Origin: an uncultured Alphaproteobacteria bacterium
Lineage (GTDB): Bacteria; Pseudomonadota; Alphaproteobacteria; Rhizobiales; Rhizobiaceae
DNA length: 64,000 nt
Assembly: GCA_963848975.1 (NCBI GenBank)
Contig: CAWKFT010000016.1
Coordinates: 338,115 to 402,114 of the forward strand
Direction: 5' to 3'
Shown here: one piece after another, positions 24,196-35,653 of the stretch
Position numbering within the stretch: the first letter of the stretch is position 1
Layout: each line of letters starts with the position of its first letter
Program-made: the position numbers and the translations under genes
Notes under the pieces: model-generated
What the model was told of the DNA's origin: nothing
The model's input: the letters and a program-made list of their open reading frames with translations, nothing else
The model's database searches: none

Positions 24196-24357
24196 GTGAA
24201 GGACCCCTATTCCCGCATCGCGTTCGGCATGGCGCTGGGCGTCGCCTTCGGAGCGGCGTTCGGCGCCTCGCTGTTCGACAACATGGCCATGGGCATTGGC
24301 ATCGGCGTGGCGCTGGGTGCGAGCGCCGGAGCGATGCTGCTCGAGCATCACGACTGA
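24196..24357 (+). CDS. possible glycine-zipper small membrane protein (53 aa, GTG start; below track cutoff)
   Basis: VKDPYSRIAFGMALGVAFGAAFGASLFDNMAMGIGIGVALGASAGAMLLEHHD shows GxxxG-type repeats. Confidence 0.4.
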   Translation: MKDPYSRIAFGMALGVAFGAAFGASLFDNMAMGIGIGVALGASAGAMLLEHHD

Positions 24358-24376
24358 CGCCTGCCGGCAGGCCGGT

Positions 24377-25201
24377 TCAGGTTCGCCCGGCCACGTAGGC
24401 GTAGAAGTTGCAGCTGCCGAAGAAAGTCTCGCCCGAAATAGCGGCACGCAGATCGGTCGCCCAGCGTTGGGCCGCATCCTCCGTCATCGCACCCGATTTG
24501 GGGAGCAGACGCTCGAAGCTGTCGATGCCCGAGGCCCAGTAGTCGGCGGTGCCGATTTCGGCCAGCACGTGCGGGAAGGCGGCGACGAGCCGCAATCCCG
24601 CCGCTTTCAGCAACCGCGGCATCTGCCGCATCACGTCGGGGCTGGTGACGATGCCGGCGATCAGCGCGGCGTCGTCCTTTCTGCCTTTGGCGGCATCAGC
24701 GTTGGCGAAGGTGAGCGAGGCGTAGTCGCCGTCGAAGATGGCGATGCGGCCGCCGGGCACGGACGAGCCGGGCCATCTCGGCAATCACCGCCGGCGGATC
24801 GTCGACATGGCTGACCAGCGTGTGCGCCACGACGGCGTCGCAGCTGGCGTCGGCCAGGTCCAGCCGGCGGCTGTCGCCGGCGCGGAAGGAGACGCGCGAC
24901 AGCGATCCCCTCCTCCGCCGCGAGGCGCGACAGCGGCTGCCACCAGGCCAGGGCTGAGATCGATGCCGAGGACGCTGCCGGCGAAGCCCGGCCGGCGGGC
25001 GATCGTCCGCGCGGCAACGCCGGTGCCGCAGCCGAGGTCGATGACGCGCTGCGCCCGGTCGATCTGCATGGCGTCGAGGTAGCCGTCCAGCATGGCGACG
25101 AAGCGCGGGTTCCTGGCGCGGACCTCCAGCCGGCCGGCGACGACGCCGAGCGTCGCTTCGTCGAGCTTGTCGGTGATGGAGAAGGGGTCGCTGGGTTGCA
25201 T
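24377..25201 (-). pseudogene. class I SAM-dependent methyltransferase; three +1 frame changes
   Basis: VIDLGCGTGVAARTIARRPGFAGSVLGIDLSPGLV, then LAAEEGI, then RVSFRAGDSRRLDLADASCDAVVAHTLVSHVDDP, then PGGRIAIFDGDYASLTF... in successive frames. Confidence 0.75.
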
Positions 25202-25251
25202 GCGAGGGTCCTCCTGCTCGCCATACTACACCCTTGGCCGGGTTCGGGGTA

Positions 25252-26705
<1,454 letters not shown>

Positions 26706-26709
<4 letters not shown>

Positions 26710-27476
26710 GGCGGCGCGAGCCGAAAGTCCTTGCCCTCCGGAAGCAGCTGGCCGCCATCGACGACGATGGTGGTGCCGGTGATGTAGGCGGCCTCGTCGG
26801 AGGCAAGGAACAGAAAGGCGTTGGCGACGTCGCGCGGGGTGCCGAGGCGGCCGAGCGGGATCGCGTCCTGCATGGAGCGGATGAACTCGGCCCCGCGGTG
26901 CAGCTCGATCCCCTCGGTCAGGATGTTGCCGGGCTCGACGCCGTTGACGGTGATGCCGTAGCCGGAGAATTCGAGCGCCGCCGAGCGGATGAAGCCGTTG
27001 ATGCCGGCCTTGCTGGCCGAATAGTGGCCGTGGCCGGGGCTGGTCACGTGCGGGCCGGTGATCGACGAGGTGAAGAGCATGCGGCCGGCGCGTTGCGCCT
27101 TCATCGGCGCCAGCGCCGCCCGGGCGGCGTTGAAGGTGCCGCGCAGGTTCACCGCCATGACGCGGTCCCAGTCGTCGGCGCTGGTGTTCTCGATGAGCTG
27201 CCAGGGATAGATGCCGGCGTTCTGGACCAGGATGTCGAGCCTGCCATGGACGTCCAGCGCCATGGCGACGACCGCCTCGGCCTCGGTGGGGTCGGCGATG
27301 TCGGTCGCCCGGAACGCGGCGCCAAGGCCGGCCGCGGTGTCGGCGCCCGCCTCGGCTTCGACGTCGGCCAGCACCAGCCGCGCGCCCTCCTCGGCGAAGC
27401 GCTCGGCGATGCCCTTGCCGATGCCGCGCGCGGCGCCGACGATCAGCGCCACCTTGTCCTGCAGGCGGCCGCTCAT
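26706..27476 (-). CDS. SDR family oxidoreductase
   Basis: ALIVGAARGIGKGIAERF...NAG...YSASKAGINGF...ITGTTIVVDGG. Intact. ATGA overlap with the permease stop. Confidence 0.9.
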
Positions 27477-28468
27477 GCCAGCCTCTGGCGGATCGTCTGC
27501 TTCAGCGTGTCGAGCAGCACGGCGGCAAGCACCAGCAGGCCGTGGATGACCTGGGTGAAGTTGGCCGGCATGCCCATCAGGTTGATCGCGGTGTTGATGG
27601 CGGCGAGCAGCAGCACGCCGGCATAGACGCCGGGCAACGAGCCGACGCCGCCCTTGAGGCTGACGCCGCCGATGACGACGGCCGCGAATGCGTTGAAGAG
27701 CAGGCCGATGCCGAGATTGGCGGTGGCGCCGGAGATGCGGATCGCCAGCAGCCAGCCGGACAGGCCGGCAATGGCGCCGGCCAGCACGAAGGCGATGAAG
27801 AGGTTGCGGCCGACGCGGATGCCGGCGCGGTAGGTCGCGGTCTCGTTGCCGCCGATCATCACCAGATGGCGGCCGAACGGGGTCTTGGCGAGGATCAGCG
27901 AGAAGACGACGAAGCAGAGGATGGCGATCCAGGCGGTGAGCGGCAGGCCGAGCAGCCGCTGGATGCCCAGCCAGCGGATTGCCGGCGCCAGATCCTGCGC
28001 CGAGCGGCCGCCGGAGATCGCCAGAACCAGGCCGCGGACCCAGATGTAGGAGGCCAGCGTGATGATGAAGGCGTTCATCCCCAGGCGGACGATCAGCAGG
28101 CCGTTCGTCGCGCCGACGAGGGCGCCGACGCCGACCGCGACAGCCAGCGAGACCGGCACCGCCAGCCATGCCGGCTGGAGCTCCACCCCGATGCCGATGC
28201 CGGCCGAGCAGAAGAGGATGCCGACCATCATGGCGCTCAGCGCGGCGACCAACTCGACCGACAGGTCCATGTGGCCGGCGATGATGACCAGCGCCAGGCC
28301 GATCGACATGACGCCGAGCACGCTGGAGGCCTCGACGATGTTGGCGAAGATGCCGAGCTGGAAGTAGTTGGGCACGGTCAGCGAGAAGACCGCCAGCACG
28401 AAGAGCAGCATGAACCAGACGAGGTTGTCGAGCACGAGCTCCAGCAGGCGGCGCTTTCGCGGGCTCAT
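27473..28468 (-). CDS. sugar ABC transporter permease
   Basis: MSPRKRRLLELVLDNLVWFMLLFVL...IIAGHMDLSVE...GGVSLKGGVGSLPGV. Intact, 331 aa within ORF 27473..28987. Confidence 0.9.
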   Translation of the reverse strand: MSPRKRRLLELVLDNLVWFMLLFVLAVFSLTVPNYFQLGIFANIVEASSVLGVMSIGLALVIIAGHMDLSVELVAALSAMMVGILFCSAGIGIGVELQPAWLAVPVSLAVAVGVGALVGATNGLLIVRLGMNAFIITLASYIWVRGLVLAISGGRSAQDLAPAIRWLGIQRLLGLPLTAWIAILCFVVFSLILAKTPFGRHLVMIGGNETATYRAGIRVGRNLFIAFVLAGAIAGLSGWLLAIRISGATANLGIGLLFNAFAAVVIGGVSLKGGVGSLPGVYAGVLLLAAINTAINLMGMPANFTQVIHGLLVLAAVLLDTLKQTIRQRLA

Positions 28469-28530
28469 GGAGGGCACTGGCTCGGCGGTCTGTCCCCGGC
28501 CGACGGCCGGGGACGGGCGTGTCAACTCGC

Positions 28531-29571
28531 TCACTCGACCGGCTTCACGGTGCCGGCGGGCGGCTTCAAATTGCCCCAGAAGGCGGGGTCGTCGACATTG
28601 TCCTTGGTGATCGCGGCGCCGGGGATCTTGATGTTCGGCCCCCAGGCCTCTGTCGTCACGACGCCCTTCAGGCCGAGCACGTCGTATTCGCCAGGCTTGA
28701 TCTCCTGCTTGTTGGCCAATTTGTCCATGAACATGGCGACCGCCGCAGCCTGCGCGTAGAGCGGCTGCTCGACCTCGACGTTGAGCCAGCCCTTGCGGAT
28801 CAGGTCGAGACCGACCGGCGCGCCGTTGGAGCTCATCATCATGATGTCGCCCGGCTTCTTGCCGGCGGCTTCGAGCGAGGCGACGCCGGCGACCGACAGG
28901 TGGGCGGCGTGGCTGAAGATCAGGTCGATGTCGGGATTGGCGGTCAGCTGGTCGGCGACGATGGTGCCGGCATTGCTGGCTTCCCATTGCATGGCCGGGA
29001 CCGAGATGATGGTGACGTCAGGGAACGCCTTCATCTTCTCCTCGAAGCCCTTCTGGATGTCGAGCGTGTAGGGGTCGCCGGGATCGCCAAGCACCTGCAG
29101 GATCTTGCCCTTGGGCGAGCCGTTCTTGGCCGTCAAGAGCTTCTCCGCCTGCTCGGCGGCGATGTGGCCGATCTCGACGGTGCCGGCGACCGAGGTGAAG
29201 TCGGACGGCGTCGAGGTGATCTGGCGATCGAACTCGACCACCGGGATGCCGGCGGCCCGCGCCGCCTCGACGGACGGCTTCAAGGCGTTGAAATCGACCG
29301 CGGCCAGGATGATGGCGGCCGGCTTCAGTGCGATGACGTCGTTCATCTGCGATTGCTGGGCGTCGGTCTTGTTGTCGGCGTTGAGGGTCTTCATCTCGTA
29401 GCCGACTTGCTTCAGGAACATCTCGAGAGCGCTGACCGAGCCGGTCTGGAACTCGTCGATCAGAGTGGGCACCAGGTAGTACACCGTGCCCTTTGACTGG
29501 GCTAAGGCCGGCGCGAGCGTGGCGAGGCCGAGCGCCACGAGGCCGAGCAAGGTGAGAAATAGTCGCTTCAT
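28531..29571 (-). CDS. sugar ABC transporter substrate-binding protein
   Basis: [24 protein letters not shown] signal peptide and a periplasmic binding fold ([12 protein letters not shown]...). Intact. Confidence 0.9.
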   Translation of the reverse strand: MKRLFLTLLGLVALGLATLAPALAQSKGTVYYLVPTLIDEFQTGSVSALEMFLKQVGYEMKTLNADNKTDAQQSQMNDVIALKPAAIILAAVDFNALKPSVEAARAAGIPVVEFDRQITSTPSDFTSVAGTVEIGHIAAEQAEKLLTAKNGSPKGKILQVLGDPGDPYTLDIQKGFEEKMKAFPDVTIISVPAMQWEASNAGTIVADQLTANPDIDLIFSHAAHLSVAGVASLEAAGKKPGDIMMMSSNGAPVGLDLIRKGWLNVEVEQPLYAQAAAVAMFMDKLANKQEIKPGEYDVLGLKGVVTTEAWGPNIKIPGAAITKDNVDDPAFWGNLKPPAGTVKPVE

Positions 29572-29607
29572 GTTCACCGCTCCTGTTGTGCCGGATCCTC
29601 CCAACGG

Positions 29608-30372
29608 TCAGCCTGCCGGTCCGGCGCCGGCAAGGGTTTCTCCAGTGATCATGTCGACCACCGCATCGGGGCTGGTCCGCGTGCGCTCGACATCGCCCGC
29701 CACAACTCCCTGGCGGATGACGACGATGCGGTCGGCGACCTGAAAGGCCTGCTGCATGATGTGGGTGATGATGATGACGCCGATGCCCTGGCTCGCCACC
29801 TGGCGGATCATGTCGAGGCCGCGCCGCGTCTGCTCGACGCCGAGCGCGGCGAACGGCTCGTCGAGGAGCACCAGCTTGCCGCCCCAGTGGACGAAGCGGT
29901 TGAGCTCGATCGCCTGGCGCTGGCCGCCCGACAGATGCTCGACCTTGGTGCGCAGGGAAGGGATGCGGGTGCCGGCATTGGCCAGCGCCTTCGCCACCTC
30001 GCGCTCCATCGCCCGCTCGTCGAGAAACGGCACGCCGAGGACCCGGCGCGTCAGCTCGCGGCCCATGAAGAAATTGGCGACGACGTCGACATTGGTGCAG
30101 AGCGACAGGTCCTGGTAGACGGTCTCGATGCCCGCCGCCTTGGCCTCGGCGGGCGTGCGGGCGAGGAATTCGCGGCCTTCGAAGAGCATGCGCCCCGAGG
30201 TCGGCTCCAGCCCGCCGGCGATGATCTTGACCAGCGTCGACTTGCCGGCGCCGTTGTCGCCGAGCAGGGCCACCACCTCGCCGCGGGCGATCGAGAAGCT
30301 GACGCCGCGCAGCGCTTGGATGGCGCCGTAGTTCTTGGCGATGTTGTCGAGCACGAGGAGGGGTTCGCTCAC
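29608..30372 (-). CDS. ABC transporter ATP-binding protein (single NBD, 254 aa)
   Basis: GTG start overlapping the ROK stop (GTGA). [39 protein letters not shown]. Intact. Confidence 0.9.
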   Translation of the reverse strand: MSEPLLVLDNIAKNYGAIQALRGVSFSIARGEVVALLGDNGAGKSTLVKIIAGGLEPTSGRMLFEGREFLARTPAEAKAAGIETVYQDLSLCTNVDVVANFFMGRELTRRVLGVPFLDERAMEREVAKALANAGTRIPSLRTKVEHLSGGQRQAIELNRFVHWGGKLVLLDEPFAALGVEQTRRGLDMIRQVASQGIGVIIITHIMQQAFQVADRIVVIRQGVVAGDVERTRTSPDAVVDMITGETLAGAGPAG

Positions 30373-31545
30373 GCCGCCATCTCCTTGCCGGCCAGCGGGT
30401 CGGCGCGGCGCTCGCGGGCGGCCGCGAACATCTGGCCGAAGCGCGGCGAGAGCGCGCCGGAGACGGCCAGGGCAGCGGCGCCGCGCAGCACGGCGTGCTC
30501 GCCGCCGCGCGCCACCATGACGCGCGGCCGGCGACGGTCGCGCCGGGCCGCGACGGAGTTGGGCAGGCTCGACGCCGCGGCCGCGAGGCGGTCGAGCAGC
30601 GCCGGCGGCGCAAGGCCGCCGAGCACCACGGCCTCCGGATCGAACAGGTTCTCGACGGTGACGATGGCGGCGCGGAAGATCGGCGCCACCGCCTCCACCC
30701 AGCCGGCAACGTCGCCGCCATGGCGGCCCAGCGCCTCGAGGGAGAGATAGCGCTCCAGGCAGCCGCGATTGCCGCACGGGCAGGGCTCGCCGTCGGCGAC
30801 GGCCGGGATGTGGCCGATCTCGCCGGCATTGCCCCAGGCGCCGCGCATGACGCTGCCCTCGTGCACCATCGCCCCGCCGACGCCGACGCCGAAATAGAGG
30901 TAGTAGTAGTTGGAAAGCTCGGTGCCGAGGCCGTAGAGCTGCTCGCCGAGCGCTGCGGCTGCCATGTCGGTCTCCAGGAAGGCGGCGAGGCCGGTGGCCT
31001 CGGAGAGGCGCTCCCGGAGCGCCACGTCCTGCCAGCCGGCGAGCGTGGTCGGGCCGACGAAGCTCATCGAACTCGACGCCGAACGGCCCCGGCAAGGCCA
31101 TGCCGACGCCGAGGATGCGGTCCCGCGCGCGATCGCCGACGAGGGCGGGGACCAGCGTCTCGATCAGGGCGAAGGCATGGTCGGGCGAGGCGCCGGGGGC
31201 TTCCCGGCGGACGCTTTCGACGACGTCGCCGCGCAGGTTCACCAGGGCGGCATCGAGGCCGAGCGGCGTCACGTGCAGGCCGACCGCGTAGCCGCCCTCC
31301 GGATTGATGCGGAGCGTCGCCGGCGGCAGCCCGCGGCCCCGCGGCTCCTCGCGGAGCGAGAGGATATAGCCCTGCGCGTCCAGCTCGCGGACGATCGTCG
31401 AGACGGTCTGGACCGTCAGGCCGACGCGCGCAGCGATGTCGGCGCGGGTGGTGGGGCCGTGGAGGCGGATCTGCTCCAGCACGATGCGGCGGTTGTAGGG
31501 ACGGCCGAACTCCTGGTTGGTGCCCTTCAGTGCCACGACGGTCAT
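30369..31545 (-). pseudogene. ROK family transcriptional regulator; one frame change near 31070
   Basis: HTH RRIVLEQIRLHGPTTRADIAARVGLTVQTVSTIVRELDAQGYI in ORF 29608..31545, then MSFVGPTTLAGW...GEIGHIPAVADGEPCPCGNRGCLERY (ROK Cys motif) in ORF 30369..31067. Confidence 0.85.
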
Positions 31546-31647
31546 CGCTCCCTCAGCGGCTCAGCTTGGCACCCCGTCTTTTTTCAGTCAAATGGATTTC
31601 AAAATTGAATCGCAGCGGCGATACTGCCGGCCAAAGGGCGGAGAGCC

Positions 31648-32217
31648 ATGGAAGACAGAGTGCGGATGGACGAAGGCCTGGCGGCTTGGCGCAAGGCCGA
31701 GCGGGCGCGGCTGATCGAGGCGCGGCTGGCGCTGCCGGCGGAGCGGCGCGCCGCGCTGTCGGAGACGATGGCGACCCGCCTCGAGGCAGTGCTCGGCGAT
31801 CCCGAAGGGCGCATCGCCGGCTTCTACTGGCCGTTTCGAGGCGAGCTCGATCTGCGGCCGTTCATCCGCTCGTGGACCGAGCGCGGCGGCTTGGCGGCGC
31901 TGCCGGTGGTGATCGCCAAGGCGACGCCGCTCGAATTCCGCCGCTGGGCGCCGGGCGACAAGCTCGACAAGGGCGTCTGGAACATTCCCATACCGGCCGG
32001 CGGCGCGGTGGTGGAGCCCGGCGTGGTCGTCTCGCCCCTGGTCGGCTTCGACGGCGCCGGCTACCGCCTCGGCTATGGCGGCGGCTTCTACGACCGCACG
32101 CTGCAGGCGATGTCGGTCAAGCCGCTGGTGATCGGCGTCGGCTACGAGCTGTCGCGCCTGCCGTCGATCCGGCCGCAATGGCACGACGTGCCGATGGACC
32201 GGATCCTCGTGGTCTGA
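31648..32217 (+). CDS. 5-formyltetrahydrofolate cyclo-ligase
   Basis: FYWPFRGELDLRPF...LPVV...VVVSPLVGFDGAGYRLGYGGGFYDRTL. Intact. Confidence 0.9.
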   Translation: MEDRVRMDEGLAAWRKAERARLIEARLALPAERRAALSETMATRLEAVLGDPEGRIAGFYWPFRGELDLRPFIRSWTERGGLAALPVVIAKATPLEFRRWAPGDKLDKGVWNIPIPAGGAVVEPGVVVSPLVGFDGAGYRLGYGGGFYDRTLQAMSVKPLVIGVGYELSRLPSIRPQWHDVPMDRILVV

Positions 32218-32220
32218 GCG

Positions 32221-33036
32221 TCAGTCCGCCGCCCAGCGAACCTCGTAGGCGGGCAGCTCGCCGGGGAAGCCCTTGAGCTGCAGCAGCTTCATGTTGACGA
32301 ACAGCTCGGCGCGAGCGTGCTCGCCGCGGATGGAATCGGAAACGAGGATCTGTCCGCCCTCGGCAGCCGCGCAGAGCCGCGCGGCCAGCTGGACCGTCGA
32401 CCCGAACAGGTCGTCGCTGTCCTCGATCGGCTCGCCGGCGTCGAGGCCGATGCGGATGTGGATCGGCTCGACATTGCCGCTGTTGTAGCGGTCGAAGGCC
32501 AGCTGGATCTCCATGGCGCAGTCGACCGAATTCGCGGTGTCTGGGAACGACGCCATGATGCCGTCGCCGAGATGCTTCACCTCGCGACCGCCGAAGCGGC
32601 TCAGGCAACGACGCACCAGCGAGTCATGGGCGCGCACCAGCTCGGTGGCCAGGCGATCGCCCAGGCGGGTGGTGATGGCGGTGGAATCGACGATGTCGGT
32701 GAAAAGGATGGCGCGATGGCCGGAATCCAGCCGCGGCTCCTTGCCGGCCGGCGGGTCCGGGTCGTGGATGCGGCCCAGGAACACCTCGACTGCCGACAGC
32801 GCCACCTCGACGACCTGCGACGCGACGAAGCCGTGCGCCACGCGGTGCACGCATTGCACCGTCTCCTTGTCGGGGGCGTCCACGAGGCAGAACACGTTGC
32901 CCCGCTGCTCGTCGAACCAGTAGGTGAGAAACTTCACGCCATAGCGGTCCTGGACTTCGACATCCTTCTTATGCGCCTCGGCAAGATCCGCAGCTGTCGC
33001 TCCTTGCAGATCATGCCGGTCCATGAAGATCGGCAT
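32221..33036 (-). CDS. DUF4242 (SCO4226-like) domain fused to a class III adenylate/guanylate cyclase catalytic domain
   Basis: N-terminus MPIFMDRHDLQGATAADLAEAHKKDVEVQDRYGVKFLTYWFDEQRGNVFCLVDAPDKETV. C-terminus ILFTDIVDSTAIT...GGREVKHLGDGIMASF...IRIGLDAGEPI...LFGSTVQLAARL. Intact, 271 aa. Confidence 0.9.
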   Translation of the reverse strand: MPIFMDRHDLQGATAADLAEAHKKDVEVQDRYGVKFLTYWFDEQRGNVFCLVDAPDKETVQCVHRVAHGFVASQVVEVALSAVEVFLGRIHDPDPPAGKEPRLDSGHRAILFTDIVDSTAITTRLGDRLATELVRAHDSLVRRCLSRFGGREVKHLGDGIMASFPDTANSVDCAMEIQLAFDRYNSGNVEPIHIRIGLDAGEPIEDSDDLFGSTVQLAARLCAAAEGGQILVSDSIRGEHARAELFVNMKLLQLKGFPGELPAYEVRWAAD

Positions 33037-33074
33037 GCACGTCCTCCTGTGGCTCGACCGGCCTGAGCCGGGAG

Positions 33075-33269
33075 CTAGTTCACCACCCGCGGCTGGGTTG
33101 GCTCGTCGTCCGCGTCGCCGCGAAGCCGGCGAACCGCCTCGCCCAGCATACGCTTGAGCTCTTCGTTTTCCTCTGCCAAACGGTCGATGATCTCACTTTG
33201 ATGGCTGACCGTCAGCAGGGATTGCCCAAGCCCGTCGAAAAAATGGACAGGATCGACCCTTCTGGTCAT
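33075..33269 (-). CDS. small coiled-coil protein (64 aa)
   Basis: SEIIDRLAEENEELKRMLGEAVRRLRG. Its stop lies 38 nt upstream of the cyclase start, on the same strand. Confidence 0.45.
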   Translation of the reverse strand: MTRRVDPVHFFDGLGQSLLTVSHQSEIIDRLAEENEELKRMLGEAVRRLRGDADDEPTQPRVVN

Positions 33270-33376
33270 CGGTCCGGCTCCTTGCGTTTTCCGTGGCGCC
33301 TGCCGGACGCTTCCGGCGAGGTCACCATGAAGTCTAGAAGACCGACGCCGGCCCGTCTGAGACGGGGTTCACATTG

Positions 33377-34078
33377 CTAGTAGCTGAGCTTCGGGTACCA
33401 GTCGGTACCCCTGCCCTCCGGCGTCAGGTCGAGGACCGACCACAGGGAAGCGATGTCCGGCGCGTCGCGGGGATCCTGGCCGGGATCGGCCATGTCGCCG
33501 GTCATCTCGCTGGCCCAGAACAGCCGCACCTCGTCGCCGTCGCGCCTGAACACCACCAGAGCGGGGTTCTCGCTGCCGTCCTGGTTGAGCAGGCCGAGGT
33601 CCGACGCATAGTCGTCGCCGACCGTCTGCGCGAAGTCGAGGTCGCGCCAGCCGCGCTCGCGCGCGAAGGCGAGCTGGCGGTCGACCGGGCTGCGGCCGAG
33701 GATCTTCAGCGCGACGCGCTGCTTGATGTCGGCGGCGTTGCCGTTCACGGCGCCCAGCCAGTTGGTGCACATGGGACATGGGCGGGACCGTTGCGGCCCG
33801 TACATCCAGAAATAGGTCACCAGCGTGTCCTTGTCGCCGAACAGGTCGAGAAGGCCGACCTCCTCGCCATTCGCATCGACGAAGCGGTAGTCCTTGGCGA
33901 TGACCGGACCTTTCGGCAAAGCGCGGCGCTGCTCGACCACGCGCGTCATATGGCGGCGGAACTCGATCTCCTCCTGGAGAAGAGCCTGCCGCGCCTGGCG
34001 ATACTCGGCGCTCTCGCCGGGAAACGGCGTGCGGGCCGTGGCGGCCAATTGGGCCGCGGGGGTGAGCGTCTGGTCCAT
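33377..34078 (-). CDS. DUF899 thioredoxin-like protein
   Basis: ESAEYRQARQALLQEEIEFRRHMTRVVEQRRALP...LVTYFWMYGPQRSRPCPMCTNWLG...LDLTPEGRGTDWYPKLSY. Intact. Confidence 0.9.
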   Translation of the reverse strand: MDQTLTPAAQLAATARTPFPGESAEYRQARQALLQEEIEFRRHMTRVVEQRRALPKGPVIAKDYRFVDANGEEVGLLDLFGDKDTLVTYFWMYGPQRSRPCPMCTNWLGAVNGNAADIKQRVALKILGRSPVDRQLAFARERGWRDLDFAQTVGDDYASDLGLLNQDGSENPALVVFRRDGDEVRLFWASEMTGDMADPGQDPRDAPDIASLWSVLDLTPEGRGTDWYPKLSY

Positions 34079-34121
34079 GGCAGCCGACCTCCTTCGATCG
34101 CAAGCCTCCGCAAGGTTCGTG

Positions 34122-34147
34122 AACGCAGCGGCGCCGCAGCGGGTTCC
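34122..34147 (-). promoter_or_regulatory. EcfG-type promoter, exact GGAAC-N17-CGTT
   Basis: Minus strand reads GGAACccgctgcggcgccgctgCGTT, with the -10 element ending 43 nt before the DUF899 ATG (34078). Confidence 0.55.
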
Positions 34148-34166
34148 GATTTTCGGGAGGGCGAGG

Positions 34167-34871
34167 TCAGACGCTGCGGGTCAGTCCGCCGTCCACCCTC
34201 AGGTTCTGCCCGGTGATGTAGCCAGCGCCGTCGGAGGCGAGGAAGGCGATGGTGGCGGCGATCTCCTCGCTGGTGCCGTAGCGCTGCATGGGCACGCTCT
34301 GGCGGCGCTCCTCGGTGGCCGGCAGGCTGTCGATCCAGCCGGGCAGGACGTTGTTCATCCTGACATTGTCGGCGGCGTAAGTGTCGGCGAAGATCTTCGT
34401 GTAGGCCGCGAGACCCGAGCGGAAGACCGCCGAGGTGGGGAACTTGTCGCTCGGCTCGAAGGCCCAGGCGGTGGAGACGTTGACGATGGCGCCGCCCTTC
34501 TGGCGCACCATGATGGGCGCGACGAGGCGGGTCGGCCGGATGACGTTCATGAAATAGACGTCGAGCCCTTCGTGCCATTGGTCGTCGGTGATGTCGAGGA
34601 TCGCCGCGCGCGGGCCATGGCCGGCGCTGTTGACGAGAACGTCGATGCGCCCCCACCGCTCCATGACCGCATCGACCAGGCGCCCCAGGTCCTCGTTGGA
34701 TCGATTGGAGCCGGTCACCCCGATGCCGCCCAGCGACGTGGCGAGCGCCTCGCCCTTGCCGGAGGACGACAGCACGGCGACGCGGTAGCCGTCGTCGGCC
34801 AGGCGGCGGGCTGCGGCAGCGCCCATTCCGGAGCCGCCCGCGGTCACCACCGCCACTCTCTCCTCAGCCAT
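34167..34871 (-). CDS. SDR family oxidoreductase
   Basis: MAEERVAVVTAGGSGMGAAAARRLADDGYRV...NSAG...ITGQNLRVDGG. ATG 34871 chosen within ORF 34167..34961. Intact. Confidence 0.9.
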   Translation of the reverse strand: MAEERVAVVTAGGSGMGAAAARRLADDGYRVAVLSSSGKGEALATSLGGIGVTGSNRSNEDLGRLVDAVMERWGRIDVLVNSAGHGPRAAILDITDDQWHEGLDVYFMNVIRPTRLVAPIMVRQKGGAIVNVSTAWAFEPSDKFPTSAVFRSGLAAYTKIFADTYAADNVRMNNVLPGWIDSLPATEERRQSVPMQRYGTSEEIAATIAFLASDGAGYITGQNLRVDGGLTRSV

Positions 34872-35048
34872 GATTTCTTCCTTTGAAACAGCGCGTCGCA
34901 CCAGACTAGCGATGCGCCGGCGCCCGTCCAGCCCGAAGGTCGCGGCGTTCGCCGGCGTCAAGGTATCGAGCGTCGGATGCGGCTACCCCCATCGGCCAAA
35001 TGGACCCGCGGGCACCGATTGAAGGAAGTTGCTTTCGGCGGGTGTCAG

Positions 35049-35351
35049 ATGCGTGAGTTCTCCGGAATCGATCAGCGTTGCTTGTGTTGTCACGGGACCG
35101 GTCGGGTCGCCGGCGTGGCCTGCCGCGAGTGCGTCGAGGGGCTGTGGGCGGACGCCGTGAAGATTACCTTCGACGAGAAGCACCTGGTTGCCGCGCTGTC
35201 CCTTCTCTGTGCGGTGCTGACGATCGCCGTGCTGCTGCAAATCTACGGCCGCGGCGAGGCCTCCGGGGGCCAGTCGACCCGTCGGGAAGCCCCGCGCGCG
35301 GCGGCAGCGGAGAGCCTGGCTCAATCGCAGACCCTGATCTTCCTCACATAG
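35049..35351 (+). CDS. possible zinc-ribbon (CxxC...CxxC) single-TM protein
   Basis: MREFSGIDQRCLCCHGTGRVAGVACRECVEG...LVAALSLLCAVLTIAVLLQIY. Weak Shine-Dalgarno. Overlaps the convergent gene by 31 nt. Confidence 0.4.
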   Translation: MREFSGIDQRCLCCHGTGRVAGVACRECVEGLWADAVKITFDEKHLVAALSLLCAVLTIAVLLQIYGRGEASGGQSTRREAPRAAAAESLAQSQTLIFLT

Positions 35352-35624
35352 ACGCGGTTGTGGCGCCAGTCGCGCACGACCTTGACCCGGCAGTCGCGAT
35401 CCCAGCGCATGGAATGGCGCTTCTGCCAGCCCCAGCGGCGGTCGTCGCGGTGATAGCGGTTCCAGCGGCGGTCGTCGCGGTCGTAGCGTTGCCAGCCATT
35501 GTCCCTGGCCGTAGTATCCGGAGCCGTCGTCGACAGTGATGGTGATGCCACCGGCCTGGGCCGAGGGAACGGCGACGATGCTGGTCGCCAATGCCATCAG
35601 CGCTGCGAAAAGGGCGTTTCTCAT
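35321..35624 (-). pseudogene. small secreted Arg/Asp/Trp-rich repeat protein; one frame change near 35505
   Basis: MRNALFAALMALATSIVAVPSAQAGGITITVDDGSGYY (signal peptide, frame of ORF 34983..35735), then NGWQRYDRDDRRWNRYHRDDRRWGWQKRHSMRWDRDCRVKVVRDWRHNRVYVRKIRVCD (ORF 35321..35551). Confidence 0.6.
35432..35491. repeat. 2 x 30 bp tandem repeat inside the small secreted protein gene
   Basis: ccagcggcggtcgtcgcggtgatagcggtt / ccagcggcggtcgtcgcggtcgtagcgttg. Encodes RYHRDDRRW / RYDRDDRRW. Confidence 0.8.
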
Positions 35625-35653
35625 GGCCTGATCCTCTGTTTCGATGGCTTGGG

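Noticed and set aside
29608-31545. Single 645-aa ORF suggesting a ROK-ABC ATPase fusion protein
   Set aside because: The middle third is out-of-frame nonsense (RRRGDGARG...). The ROK C-terminal half is in ORF 30369..31067. The ATPase has its own GTG at 30372 overlapping the ROK stop. These are two genes plus one frame change.
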